Positions 34,540 to 45,723 of a DNA stretch of 64,000 nt are shown in pieces. How positions within the stretch are numbered: the stretch's first letter is position 1; each line of letters opens with the position of its first letter. Under the pieces are notes generated by a model that did no database searches, had not been told where the DNA came from, and saw nothing but the letters and a program-made list of their open reading frames with translations. Origin of the DNA: an uncultured Nitrososphaerales archaeon (GTDB lineage Archaea; Thermoproteota; Nitrososphaeria; Nitrososphaerales; Nitrososphaeraceae); NCBI GenBank assembly GCA_963713605.1, contig CAVQMO010000012.1, forward strand, positions 325,319 to 389,318, given 5' to 3'. The translations under genes and the position numbers were made by a program.

Positions 34540-35778
34540 ATGACATTTGAAGAAAATAGTATCCATTTTATTCATGTAATAATTTCGCTTGCCATCCTAT
34601 TATTCGCTGCAAAACTATTCGCAGAATTATTTCACAAACTTAAACTGCCGGTGGTACTTGGCGAACTTCTAGCTGGAATTATAGTTGGACCATTTGCCAT
34701 TGGAGGATTATTTCTTTTTAACAGTGAACCGCTAGTAGAGCTAGATGAAACTGTACGTGATATCGGGGAGATATCGGCCATTGTCATCTTATTTGTAGCG
34801 GGACTTGAGATTACCCCTCGAGAATTCATGAGGGGAGGAGCTGCTTCTTTTACAGTAGGATCACTTGGTGTTATTCTTCCATTTTTTGTGGGGTTTGTTG
34901 TACTAACGTTATTTGGGTTGGAGGCTTTAGAGTCTATGCTGGTAGCTACTGCACTTACTGCAACAAGCATTGCAATATCAGTCCAGGTCTTAACAGAATT
35001 AGGAAAGATGCAGACAAAAGAAGCCAGATTGATATTAGGAGCAGCAATTGTAGACGATATCCTTGCTATTGCTGTATTGTCAGTTGTGACTACCATGGTC
35101 CAAACCGGTGATACTTCTCCGGAAATAATGGATGTCATATTCCTTATACTCCAGATACTGGGACTCTTTGCAGCACTATTAATTGGGTCCATATTACTGA
35201 TACCAAAATTGCTTCACGTTGAGAAACTTTGGAAATCGAAGGGCAGTGTAGAAGGGATTGTAACTGCATCTTTCTTCGGAGCTGCAGGTATAGCTGCGTT
35301 CGTGGGATTATCGCCAATTGTGGGAGCGTTTGCTGTAGGAATGGCAGTAGCTAGTACGCGTCTTATTAAACAAGTCGACGATTACGCAGAAAAGTTGTTA
35401 ATAATTTTTGGTCCACTCTTTTTTGCCATAATCGGAGCTCAGGTAGACTTGCGCGGCGTAAATTTAAACGTGTTATATCTTTCAGGAATAGTAGTGACCA
35501 TAGCAGTGACAACAAAAGTCGTCGGATGTGGACTTCCTTCTATCATATTTCTAAAAGATAAGACTAAGGCATTCAGAGTAGGAATTGGAATGGTATCACG
35601 AGGCGAAGTTGGTTTGATTGTGGCAGGGGTGGGAGTATCGGCTGGAGTATTGACTTCTGATATATATACTACGGTTATAATCATGGTTGCTCTTACTACT
35701 GTAATTACACCAGTCTGGCTCAAAAGGTCGTTCAGGAATGAAACCAATTTGGCTTCTCAAAATTCACACTCGTCATAG
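34540..35778 (+). CDS. cation:proton antiporter, CPA2/NapA type
   Basis: PVVLGELLAGIIVGP, LFVAGLE, ATSIAI, AAIVDD, GMVSRGEV. Confidence 0.95.
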   Translation: MTFEENSIHFIHVIISLAILLFAAKLFAELFHKLKLPVVLGELLAGIIVGPFAIGGLFLFNSEPLVELDETVRDIGEISAIVILFVAGLEITPREFMRGGAASFTVGSLGVILPFFVGFVVLTLFGLEALESMLVATALTATSIAISVQVLTELGKMQTKEARLILGAAIVDDILAIAVLSVVTTMVQTGDTSPEIMDVIFLILQILGLFAALLIGSILLIPKLLHVEKLWKSKGSVEGIVTASFFGAAGIAAFVGLSPIVGAFAVGMAVASTRLIKQVDDYAEKLLIIFGPLFFAIIGAQVDLRGVNLNVLYLSGIVVTIAVTTKVVGCGLPSIIFLKDKTKAFRVGIGMVSRGEVGLIVAGVGVSAGVLTSDIYTTVIIMVALTTVITPVWLKRSFRNETNLASQNSHSS

Positions 35779-35842
35779 AACCTGTCATTCTAAATGTGGT
35801 ATAGCAAAAAGGAAGTAATGAGTCGTAATTCCTATCGAGATG

Positions 35843-36145
35843 TTATTCCTCTAGTTCTTCAAGTTCTTTCAATGCTGAATCTATAACTTTAGCAATGTGA
35901 GAATAAACCGCTGCCCCTGGTTCATCTCCCTTTACGAGACATTCATCTGCCAAAATCATCTCTCTATTAAAATACTCTGATAGAGTCGCCATTACTCGGG
36001 TCTTTTCTTTCCTAAGATTCTCATCCAGAATATTCTCATCATAGCCTTTATGAAATTCGTCTAACCTCTTTTGTCTTTCTTCGGCGCTCAGGACCATGTA
36101 TGTTGAAGTTAAGCTCAACCTATATTTTATTTCAACTTTTATCAA
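35843..36145 (-). CDS. hypothetical helical protein
   Basis: Protein-like from MVLSAEE; start uncertain. Confidence 0.6.
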   Translation of the reverse strand: MIKVEIKYRLSLTSTYMVLSAEERQKRLDEFHKGYDENILDENLRKEKTRVMATLSEYFNREMILADECLVKGDEPGAAVYSHIAKVIDSALKELEELEE

Positions 36146-36736
36146 TAATTAATGAATGATTAATTATCGAACTAAAAGAAATAGGGGTTGGGGGCGCCTT
36201 TGGCATGACATTCCTGGATTACATACTTAGTATCCCCAAGAAACTTCTGCAGAATCAAGAAGTATTCCTATATATTTTCTTTTATCATAATCTTTAAACG
36301 ATATCTATTTGAGAGGGGCTATTCTAAGCAGTGGACCTATTAGCAGTAGCTCCTGAGATGTTTGATCTAATGGCTGCCTCTACATTGGCAATCCAAAACA
36401 TAGTGACAATATCACGACACATTTAGTCATTCGACTCATTTCTTTAAATCTTTTGCCTTACACGGGTTGTGCAACCACATTGGACTAGACTAGACTTAAG
36501 CCTCCAAGTGCCATCAGTATGATAATAACTGAGCCTATTAGTACAAGTGTTTGCTGTGTAGTCACTTCCTTTTTCCTTTTCTTACTTTTACCTCTATTTC
36601 TGATTCTACCTTTTCTCTTAAATGACGTTACCACACTCAGCCGTCGTCGCAAATCAAGATGGAAAAGGGTCATTTCTTTGACGATTATACCTCCGTATAA
36701 TATTAGCATCTATGGCTTTAACGATTTCAAATATGT

Positions 36737-37051
36737 ATGAACAATGATGAAGATCTTATCAATAGAAAGCCTATAGAGCTTCTTGATGGAGGGGAAGATA
36801 TAGGAGATAATGGCCGCTTCGATTTTTCTTCAAAAAACATTTTTGTAAGCTTACCTAGATCGGAATCTCTAGATATTTTATCTGATGGTTGTGAATCGGA
36901 CGTGGACCAATTCTTGGGTTGTCAAATTGGTGATAACGAAATTGGAACGATAGATGTATCATCTCCCGGTCCATTATCGGAGGAGGGCTGCATAAAGAAC
37001 GATCCATATATGAAACGTCCGATTCTACGTTCCCGGGAGATTTTGAAATAG
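36737..37051 (+). CDS. hypothetical acidic protein
   Basis: 104 aa ATG ORF; TTTAA upstream. Confidence 0.45.
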   Translation: MNNDEDLINRKPIELLDGGEDIGDNGRFDFSSKNIFVSLPRSESLDILSDGCESDVDQFLGCQIGDNEIGTIDVSSPGPLSEEGCIKNDPYMKRPILRSREILK

Positions 37052-37614
37052 AGTTTTATATCTGCACCCCTACAAAAAGCTGATAATTATAGTTGTACTG
37101 GACTTTTATATAGAGGTTTTACCGCAAGTGGACTCGGTATTTGGATAATGCGAAAGAAGTAGCAGTAAACTGTCAGTCAAAAGATACATATAAGCAAATA
37201 TTCTCAGCGTGCTCATAATATCATAACGCCTCTTATAATTCCTCTAACAATTTCTAATCAGGTTATAAGCAATAAATCTCAAATTAGTCTACTATATTAT
37301 GTAATATATCGCGATCATTAATAGGGATTATTTTTGATATATGGGCACTTCAGCTCTATTATCCTTCAGGCATAACCATGCCGTGTATTGAATACTAACT
37401 GTTTCATTCATAATCAAATAATGGATACTCTCGACCAGTCTTCTGCGGTATTGCTGTTTGGATTTCCTCTCCTCTATAAGTCCTGTCTAATTCATGAGTA
37501 GTCCAAGAATAACCGATGGTATAGATGATGGAGAACTGAACAGGAAAGAACGTTTAGCTAGTGGTTCATACTTTGTGTCATCATTATCATCATTAATACT
37601 GCTGTTGAGGAGAC

Positions 37615-37695
37615 TCATAGTTACAAAGTGCCAGCCTAAATGAATCAAGTATATCATCGTGTGATGTCTGTTGTTTGTCCAGCTTCCATTCATCT
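37615..37695 (-). repeat. 81 bp perfect direct repeat, terminase-like C-terminal motif (copy 1)
   Basis: Identical to 38097-38177; encodes DEWKLDKQQTSHDDILDSFRLALCNYE. Confidence 0.9.
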
Positions 37696-37848
37696 ATCAC
37701 AACTGCAGTCCGCAGAGATATCTTGGCCGAGATACTTACGCGCTTTTAACACAAACAGGTCAAAACTACTAATTTCGGTTAATATTATCTTCTTCTCTCC
37801 ATCTTATTAATAAGCGATAATATTGTTATAGCAAGTCAGAGAAGAAAC

Positions 37849-38025
37849 ATGGGTAAATGGAAATGCCTGTGGTGTTCTAAAGTGTTGGAAGGGGAATCCT
37901 TTATGGACTTAATTGAGGCCTCTATGAAGGAGGAAGGCGGCCAACACGTACACGGCTGGGAAAACATAGCGTTAATCAAAGAAAAGGCAGCTGCTGTTCT
38001 AGAAAATAAACCGTTGTCGGTTTAA
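37849..38025 (+). CDS. 58 aa CxxC...HxH putative zinc-binding protein (paralogue B)
   Basis: MGKWKCLWCSKVLEGESFMDLIEASMKEEGGQHVHGWE. Confidence 0.72.
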   Translation: MGKWKCLWCSKVLEGESFMDLIEASMKEEGGQHVHGWENIALIKEKAAAVLENKPLSV

Positions 38026-38032
38026 TCTTCCA

Positions 38033-38760
38033 TTATTTTATTGCGTCATTGATCTTGTGTTTCCGTATCTTACCTGACCAGGGATTCTTCGGCGCTTCAT
38101 AGTTACAAAGTGCCAGCCTAAATGAATCAAGTATATCATCGTGTGATGTCTGTTGTTTGTCCAGCTTCCATTCATCTGACACTATTGCTGTTCTTAGGGC
38201 CACTATCAACTTCTGAAGGGAAGGGTGGATCTTCATAAATCTCTTCGACATCAACGTATAAGTCCACTGTAGCATTTCCCTGTGTCTCTTCTGGAAGTTG
38301 ACAGGTCTGATCTGCATGTCACCTGCACGCATCTGCCAGAGCTGCTCCTCTGTGTAATAATGGTAGTTTTCGTACTCCTCTATCCTTCTCTTTAACTCCA
38401 TTGTGACTTCAGGATTTGGACCATGCTAACATTTCTTGGCCTTGCGATACTATAGCTGATTCTATGTCTAGGGTATGGAAGACATTGCCAACTTTCCCTA
38501 AATATTTGAGGTTGTATTCTCTTTCAAATGAAGGAGATTGTTGTGCTAGTGCTATCTCGTCTCGTGTAAATCTTGTCTAATCCATAAGTGTAATCAAGGT
38601 AGAGACGTTCATACAGACAACTACTTTCTGGTTCTCTTTCTATTTTCTCAAAGAGACCTTCTGGGGCATTTGGTGTTGACACCATTACGTTCCAGGGATT
38701 TGATTTTGCGATGTACATTAAGGATCTACAGTCAAGGTTAGAATCTAACTTAGGTGCCAC
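38033..38760 (-). pseudogene. terminase large subunit-like remnant (ATPase end and nuclease domain)
   Basis: MVSTPNAPEGLFE (ATPase motif III-like), FEREYNLKYLG, HDDILDS (nuclease acidic motif); frameshifts and internal deletions. Confidence 0.7.
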
Positions 38761-39147
38761 AACTGATATTCTGATGCAGGAGAATGTGACCGTCCTCCTT
38801 CAGTACTTGGTGAATCATGGCATCTAGAGGGGTGGAATGTCTTTGGTCAGGACCCAATTAATAACATGATTTCTGAGGAACAGGACAGAATTCTTGGAGT
38901 TGAATTATCGAAAGGATCTTCGGGTAGTATAAAATCTGAAACAGATCTAATTACCTTTCTCAAAAATGGAGTTGGGGCATAGAGAGTTCTATGTTTGTAA
39001 ATGGAAAGTTCAATATTAAAAAAGCTGAAAAAGGCTATAAAAGGCCAGCATATCTGAAGATTGAACTTGAAATTAAATGGGAACAGAGCTCGAAGTTATT
39101 TAGAAAAGATTATGGATGGGCAGAGAAGAAAAGATAGAGTAATCTAA

Positions 39148-40137
39148 TTGTATGTGTTACATATATGGGATCAAGCTGGTGTAGCTTTCATCTTAGCGAA
39201 GTTTCAGCAGATCAATGGCAATGAAAGCAAAGTTATAAGAGTTAAGAATGTTGACAAATATGGTATAGACGAGTTTTATAAAGAGTATGGATTATTTGTA
39301 GCAGCTAAAGAATTAGTTTATAAATCAATTGAGGAAGCTAGAAGAGCAGATGTAATACATATTCATAGTTTACCAGAAATGGTAATTAATATCCGAAATA
39401 CATATAGAGACTCAAAGGTTATTATCCTTCACTATCATGGCACTGATATACGAGGTTTTTCTGATGATAATTCACGAGCATTTAATTTACGAAATATTTT
39501 AAGACCTAAAAACATAGTTAGAAAAATTCGCAAGAGACGTCTACATATCAAAGCACAAAGATCAGCAGATAGAGTTATTGTATCAACCCCTGATTTGATT
39601 CAATTAGTCAAGGGATCAATCTTTTTGCCTAATCCCATCGATACTGATCATTTCAACAAAAGATTGATTAAAGAAATATCTACTGATGTATACGAAGGAA
39701 TATTGGTAAATAGTGAAGTCACTAATGTTGAGCTTGCTATGAACTACTGCAAACATAAAAACATTAATCTTAATATTGATATCTATGACAGAACAAAAAA
39801 TCCTATATACTATAAAGATATTCCAAATTTTTTGAAGAAATACGACGTGTATGTTGACTTAAGATTTGTAAATCGAAAATTGCTTAAAAATCTTAGTAAG
39901 ACTGCTTTAGAAGCTTTAGCGTGTGGATTAAAAGTATTAAATTATAATCTTGAATATGTGAACAATTTGCCTTCAGAACATTGTCCCACAAACGTGGTTA
40001 CAAAATTATCATCTATATATTCAAATAAAAGAAATAGAACAGAAACAATTGAATTAGAACTAGAATTAACAATTTTAAATATGATTTACGGTATCCCTAT
40101 CTTATTAAGAAAACTGTTGAAATATGATCAAACATGA
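39148..40137 (+). CDS. glycosyltransferase, GT-B (GT4-like)
   Basis: DVIHIH, LHYHGTD, LPNPIDTDHF, SKTALEALACG. Confidence 0.85.
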   Translation: MYVLHIWDQAGVAFILAKFQQINGNESKVIRVKNVDKYGIDEFYKEYGLFVAAKELVYKSIEEARRADVIHIHSLPEMVINIRNTYRDSKVIILHYHGTDIRGFSDDNSRAFNLRNILRPKNIVRKIRKRRLHIKAQRSADRVIVSTPDLIQLVKGSIFLPNPIDTDHFNKRLIKEISTDVYEGILVNSEVTNVELAMNYCKHKNINLNIDIYDRTKNPIYYKDIPNFLKKYDVYVDLRFVNRKLLKNLSKTALEALACGLKVLNYNLEYVNNLPSEHCPTNVVTKLSSIYSNKRNRTETIELELELTILNMIYGIPILLRKLLKYDQT

Positions 40138-40278
40138 TACTGAACTATGCGGTGTGGAGGCTTGGATAACTTCTAATAAAGGAGGCAGAGTGGCTGGCAG
40201 TATTGTCCTTAAATTTAGATCATATTAGTTCTCTATGCATGTTATTGTGATATGCTCATCTAATATACTTGACACAAT

Positions 40279-41439
40279 TTAAGGAATAAAAAAGAATCCG
40301 ATAGCAATTATAATATAAACTGCAATTAGCATCACTCCCTCAAACCAATTACTTTTTCCATCATGAGCAATTAAATTCAATATTATAGCAGCCAAAAGTA
40401 TGCTTGCTACCTCGAATACTGTAAATACTAAATTAAATGGTTTGTTTAACAATATTCCTGCAATTACAATAATAGGGACTACAAACAAAGCGATCTGTGT
40501 ACCAGAACCTGCAGCAATACCAATTGACAGATCCATTTTTCCTTTCCTTGCAAGAAGAATGGCGCTGCTATGCTCAGCTGCATTTCCTACTATCCCAATA
40601 ATTATAGCGCCTACAAACAATTCCCCAAATCCAAATTCAGCCGTTACAACTTCTATTGATCCCACAAGAATTTCACTTATTACTATCACGCCAGCCATAC
40701 TCAATCCAAGCAAAAGGAACGATTTTTTCTTGCTCCATTGGGTCATGATTTCAGGATGTTGTGATGATGATTGCTTTTTCTCCTCTCTTTTGTTACCATT
40801 TCTTTCCTCATTTATTATTAATTCGTCTTCATGTGGTTTGAAGATGAAGAGGTGCTTATGTGTAAAAAAGGTGAAGACTATACTTGCTATATATACGGCT
40901 AGTAACAAAAAAGCTAGGGCATCGCTTAGAAACTGAATTTTCATTTGATTTGTGTTATTAATTGGCTCCAGGACTGTTGTCGCTAAGATAGTAGGTATAG
41001 TTAATCCTATAACAGCCAAGAATAGCATGGATGCCTGCATTCCAACAATTTCTTTGTTAAAAAACTGTTCCTTAAACTTGAATCCACTTGTCATGATGCT
41101 TAAACCAAAGATCAGAAGGATATTTCCAAGGATCGCCCCTGTAATAGATGCTTTAACAAGTTCTAACAATCCCGCATTAATAGCTACAATAGCAATAATG
41201 ATTTCAGCAGCGTTTCCAAATGTAACATTAAGCAGAGATCCTAATGTTGCACCATAATGAGATGCAAGATGTTCTGTAGAATCTCCAATCAGCTTTGCAA
41301 GGGGTATTAGTCCAACGGCAGCGACTACAAATAAAATTAATTGTTCAGTATGAATATATTCTAATACAATAGCAATTGGCACAAAAATTAGTATAAAATA
41401 AATAATAGACGATTTAGATAGTCTAAGGGATAGTCTCAA
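40279..41439 (-). CDS. cax: Ca2+/H+ exchanger
   Basis: TFGNAAE and VGNAAEH repeats; GKSNWFEG. Confidence 0.95.
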   Translation of the reverse strand: MRLSLRLSKSSIIYFILIFVPIAIVLEYIHTEQLILFVVAAVGLIPLAKLIGDSTEHLASHYGATLGSLLNVTFGNAAEIIIAIVAINAGLLELVKASITGAILGNILLIFGLSIMTSGFKFKEQFFNKEIVGMQASMLFLAVIGLTIPTILATTVLEPINNTNQMKIQFLSDALAFLLLAVYIASIVFTFFTHKHLFIFKPHEDELIINEERNGNKREEKKQSSSQHPEIMTQWSKKKSFLLLGLSMAGVIVISEILVGSIEVVTAEFGFGELFVGAIIIGIVGNAAEHSSAILLARKGKMDLSIGIAAGSGTQIALFVVPIIVIAGILLNKPFNLVFTVFEVASILLAAIILNLIAHDGKSNWFEGVMLIAVYIIIAIGFFFIP

Positions 41440-41688
41440 GCTGAATACCTACTTCTATAGCACGTCTCTTCAACCTCGTGAAATCAGTATATATAGTTTG
41501 TTAAAAATGCCATTTTTGGTTAATCTAACCAAAATAGATTTAGATCAAAATTGTAAGAGTTGGGTAATAAACAGAGCATAGAATTTAATCAGCTCATTAG
41601 TAATTGGCAATGGTTTTTGTCACGATTCTAATTATATCAATAATAATGTCATTGAATTTATATTGCATTCATTGTGCTATCCGAATAA

Positions 41689-42774
41689 ATGGTTATATTA
41701 TTTTTTACCAGTCCAATAGGGTTAGGGCATGCTACTAGAGATATTGCTATTTGTGAAAAGCTTAGATCTTTGACTAATGATAAAATCTTATTTGTGACCG
41801 GTCAAGCTGCTTATACAATTATTTCGAATAATGGATATGTAGCTTATAATGTCTATACTCCTAATGATTTTCAAGTAAATTATTCTATGCATCTACAATC
41901 TATGATAAAGTGGCTTATACAATATGTTTCATATTATAAGAGATGTAAGATAATTGCACAACAATTCATTGAGAAGAATAGTAAAGGTAAGCTTCTAATA
42001 GTTAGTGATGAAGATTTTGCATCCCTTGCTATTGGAAAGAATAGGAATAAAAAACGGGTTTTAATAACCGATATACTGAAAACTCATTTTCTTAAGGGAT
42101 TACCTTCAATCATTGAATATGGTATGAATAGATCTCTTGAACACATGGTAAGAAGCTGTGATCATGTTATCATTCCAGACTATGGTAATGACATAGATAA
42201 CAAATCATATATTGGTCCAATCGTAAGGGAGTTGGCTACTATAGATAGAGGAGCGTTACGTAAGAAATTTAGAATGTACAAACCAACAATTCTTCTTACT
42301 ATAGGAGGAACTCCAACCGGAAAATATTTGATTGAAATGACTATCAAAGCATTCAGGAAATTAAGAATGAAATTAGACATTAATCTATTAATTGCTTCAG
42401 GACCTTCTATAGATGTTCGGGACAAATTTTTATATACTAGCGATATTGGTAATATAATGAATTTAGGTTTTGTAAATAATTTACATGAATATATATATGC
42501 ATCAGATCTGGTAGTATCTCTGGCTGGAAGATCAACCATTGATGAATCTATTGTATATAAAACACCAGGGATTTTTATCCCAATCAAAAATCATTTTGAG
42601 CAAGAGGAAAATGCAAGACGAATGGGCTACAATTATGAAGACATATTTAAATTAGAATCCTTGATAGAAGAGAAATTTGATAATATGAGTGCAGTTACAA
42701 GTAATAAGACCATTTCTAAGGTTGGTAGTGAAAAGGCAGCTAAAATTATCTTGGAGACGCTTGAATCACATTAG
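41689..42774 (+). CDS. glycosyltransferase, GT28-like
   Basis: GLGHATR, LTIGG, DLVVSLAGRSTIDE, HFEQEENA. Confidence 0.88.
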   Translation: MVILFFTSPIGLGHATRDIAICEKLRSLTNDKILFVTGQAAYTIISNNGYVAYNVYTPNDFQVNYSMHLQSMIKWLIQYVSYYKRCKIIAQQFIEKNSKGKLLIVSDEDFASLAIGKNRNKKRVLITDILKTHFLKGLPSIIEYGMNRSLEHMVRSCDHVIIPDYGNDIDNKSYIGPIVRELATIDRGALRKKFRMYKPTILLTIGGTPTGKYLIEMTIKAFRKLRMKLDINLLIASGPSIDVRDKFLYTSDIGNIMNLGFVNNLHEYIYASDLVVSLAGRSTIDESIVYKTPGIFIPIKNHFEQEENARRMGYNYEDIFKLESLIEEKFDNMSAVTSNKTISKVGSEKAAKIILETLESH

Positions 42775-42886
42775 TAAATGGCAAATAGATAATTACTGAG
42801 GCCTAAGAATTTGTGGTAACTATAAAGAGTATAAAGTGAATTCTGATTAAATCAGATAAGATGCCAAAAATTAATTAATGTTTCTC

Positions 42887-43912
42887 TTAGTAAAGTTTTC
42901 TTTGTTTCCTACTACTTTCAATCAAACCTATTAATAAGTATCCATATTCTAGATTATGTTTTATATGATTAATACCATGCGATTCATCGGGTTCAAATTT
43001 ATGATCTAGCACGTTTTCAACGTATATCTTTACTTTCTTTACGGATGAGACTGCATGATATAATTGATTATCATCTAGTTTCTTACCAGTGTCTTTTTCT
43101 GCCTCCTTTCTAAACTCTTTCTCATTCATTGCGAGTTTACAATATTTCCTAAGTCTATCATAATTATTGCAAAGATCCTTTAGTCTCTTCAGATCAATGT
43201 CAGATAGACTACTTAAAGAAGAATCTAAGTCCTTTTTATTTCTACCAGTTATTTCTGTGAGGCTGTCAAGAATTGTATTATTATTATTATCTGATACAAA
43301 AATATTTCTGTCTTTACCTTTTAATTGGTGATCTAAAGAGTCTATTTTGATAGCCTTACTATTAATTTTAGTGCTACTTATTGTTGTACTTAAAGACTCT
43401 TGATCCTGACGTTTATAGTTTTCATAATAAGAGTTATAATCTTTTTTCTTTTCTTCGTAATAATTTAAAGCACCATAAACTCCTATTTTTTCCCCTTTTG
43501 TATCTACCTTATTGAGTAGAATAGACATTATATCAAGTATGATCTTTGGATATATTAATTTCAGACTATCATCAAATTTAGAGTAGTTCTCCATCAGATC
43601 TTTATATATTACAAAAATTATGTTGTCGATATACGCATCATCATAATCTTTGTAGTTAGTATGAACATTCATACTATTTGATAAGATAGTAAGGAAGTCG
43701 TTAATTTCCGAAATCGTAAAAATATGCCTTATTTCTACAGAAGCATCGCCAATAATCTTCATAGCAGCAAATCCTAGATTGTCTGTGGTTTGTGATATTC
43801 GATCAGAATGTTGAATAGATAACACTCCAATTTTATGATCTAATTTGATATGGAGAACATCCATATATTTAAGAATCAGCTTCTTAAGCGTCAAAGAACT
43901 GCCTTTTTGCAT
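42887..43912 (-). CDS. hypothetical protein ending in an HD-like first motif
   Basis: 341 aa ORF; C-terminal DESHGINH. Confidence 0.7.
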   Translation of the reverse strand: MQKGSSLTLKKLILKYMDVLHIKLDHKIGVLSIQHSDRISQTTDNLGFAAMKIIGDASVEIRHIFTISEINDFLTILSNSMNVHTNYKDYDDAYIDNIIFVIYKDLMENYSKFDDSLKLIYPKIILDIMSILLNKVDTKGEKIGVYGALNYYEEKKKDYNSYYENYKRQDQESLSTTISSTKINSKAIKIDSLDHQLKGKDRNIFVSDNNNNTILDSLTEITGRNKKDLDSSLSSLSDIDLKRLKDLCNNYDRLRKYCKLAMNEKEFRKEAEKDTGKKLDDNQLYHAVSSVKKVKIYVENVLDHKFEPDESHGINHIKHNLEYGYLLIGLIESSRKQRKLY

Positions 43913-43915
43913 GTC

Positions 43916-44452
43916 TTACCTCTTATCATATATATTAGTTGAATTATTGACATTTGAATTTATTAGCTTCCTTCCTTTAACTAATAAGAGTTGTATTTTG
44001 GCTCCTCCAATTCCTACGATGCTATTTTGTGGATGTTTACATTTACAAGAAGAATGACTTTTGTATCCATGTTCAGAGAATTTGTGATGGCATCTATAAT
44101 AATTACAAACAGGTTCAATTTGTTCTCCAAATACGTTAATCATTTGTACAGGATTTGAAATATTTTCATTCACCAGGTGCTGATTCGTAATCTCTGATGA
44201 GTTAAGAATCCCTTTGTTTTCAACTAATAATGATCGTAACCTATTCATAACCATATCTTTCTCCTTCTTTTCCATATCTTCCTTCTTCCAATGACAACTC
44301 CAACAGTAATTACACCTAACGCATGTAAATTCAGTTCTAGTATTGCAGGATTTACATTCATCATACCTATTTGCAATAGTATCTCTAAGGTATTCGTGCA
44401 TATCCGTATTTTTAATACTGTACTCCTTTATAATAAGGTTCTTATTAACCAT
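43916..44452 (-). CDS. Cys/His-rich putative zinc-binding protein
   Basis: CKSC..CVRC..CWSCH and CNYYRCHH..EH..CKCKHP. Confidence 0.75.
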   Translation of the reverse strand: MVNKNLIIKEYSIKNTDMHEYLRDTIANRYDECKSCNTRTEFTCVRCNYCWSCHWKKEDMEKKEKDMVMNRLRSLLVENKGILNSSEITNQHLVNENISNPVQMINVFGEQIEPVCNYYRCHHKFSEHGYKSHSSCKCKHPQNSIVGIGGAKIQLLLVKGRKLINSNVNNSTNIYDKR

Positions 44453-44988
44453 GTAATTTATATAAGAATTTTACATATGTGACATATAGAAGAGGACTAT
44501 ATAACATTTTACCACCAATAGTAAAAAGTAATAAAGATTCCTTATATAGCAAAGGCAGTGATATATAAATCAATATGATAAGCTATAAAATATATTAAAA
44601 GTTTGTTTATATGCTAGTAATTATAGGCAATAACCCTATTTGTATTCCAAAGTTATTTGCCAAATATCGAATTAGAACTACTTTCTTATATTTACTCGTT
44701 TTTTGGTTTGAAAATACTAGAGATGAATCCGTATCCAATTAAAGTTAATTGGCTAGAATATCCAGGATAATAACCTAATCTTGACTATTCATACATTGGT
44801 TAAGAGCAATTAGTTATTATATATAATATTATATCCATTATTTCTATTCAGCTAGGCAGAAATATCGACTTGGACTTATTTCAGGTGAATAATATTATCT
44901 AAATTGACTCCAAAGTTAGGTTGGGTCACTATTTCGATTCATATATCACTAGTTGCCTTCGATGTGTTAGTATGACATATCTAGTTTA

Positions 44989-45477
44989 TTATCTTGTTAC
45001 TAGGACTGCACAATGAGCATTTTTTATAATATTAGATGAGACGCTACCTAATAATAATTTCTTAAAACCGGTTCTGCCTCTATTTCCGACAATAATTAAA
45101 TCAACATCTTTTGATTCTGCATACTCCATGATAGTTGTTGCAACAGATTTTGCGCCTTCAACGATCTCTGTCTTAAGCTCTTTAGATTTAGATTCCGTAT
45201 TATCTCTTATTTTTAGTTTAAATTTTTCTTTTATTTTATTCATCAATTTTTCAGCCTCACTTCTTTCTTCCAGATATTTTTCAGAACCAAATGTTGGAGC
45301 CAAGATAATTGAAGCTGATAGATGAGGATACTTATAGACATCAATGACATACAGAATAATAAGCTGAGAATTATTTTTCATAGCAATTGAAATTGCATAA
45401 TCTGTCGCGTGCATTGAAGAAGTTGAGCCATCGATAGCAACCAAAACTCTTGAAAATTGATTTTCTTGCATTATCAT
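44989..45477 (-). CDS. universal stress protein
   Basis: VLVAIDGS, DLIIVGNRGRTGFKKLLLGSVS. Confidence 0.95.
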   Translation of the reverse strand: MIMQENQFSRVLVAIDGSTSSMHATDYAISIAMKNNSQLIILYVIDVYKYPHLSASIILAPTFGSEKYLEERSEAEKLMNKIKEKFKLKIRDNTESKSKELKTEIVEGAKSVATTIMEYAESKDVDLIIVGNRGRTGFKKLLLGSVSSNIIKNAHCAVLVTR

Positions 45478-45723
45478 CTCAATTATACTCTAACTGCTAT
45501 AAATCATTGTACTGAAAGCGCTTTCGACTTAATAATATTGTTATGTGACTTAAATAACTCCCTAATCGATCCTGTGTATCGATAATTAATTACCATTTAG
45601 TCATTCAGCAGAACATTTTTAGTTGGCATCGAAATAGGGTGTTAATCAGAATTCTTTATGGTGGACGGTGCACTTTAGCTTGTAACAAGTCTTTTTATCC
45701 AATTTCATTGATACTATTTGCTA

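Noticed and set aside
34632..35747. Long antisense ORFs (also 4162-4530, 28246-28803, 40400-41257, 42180-42587)
   Set aside because: Shadows of well-supported genes on the opposite strand
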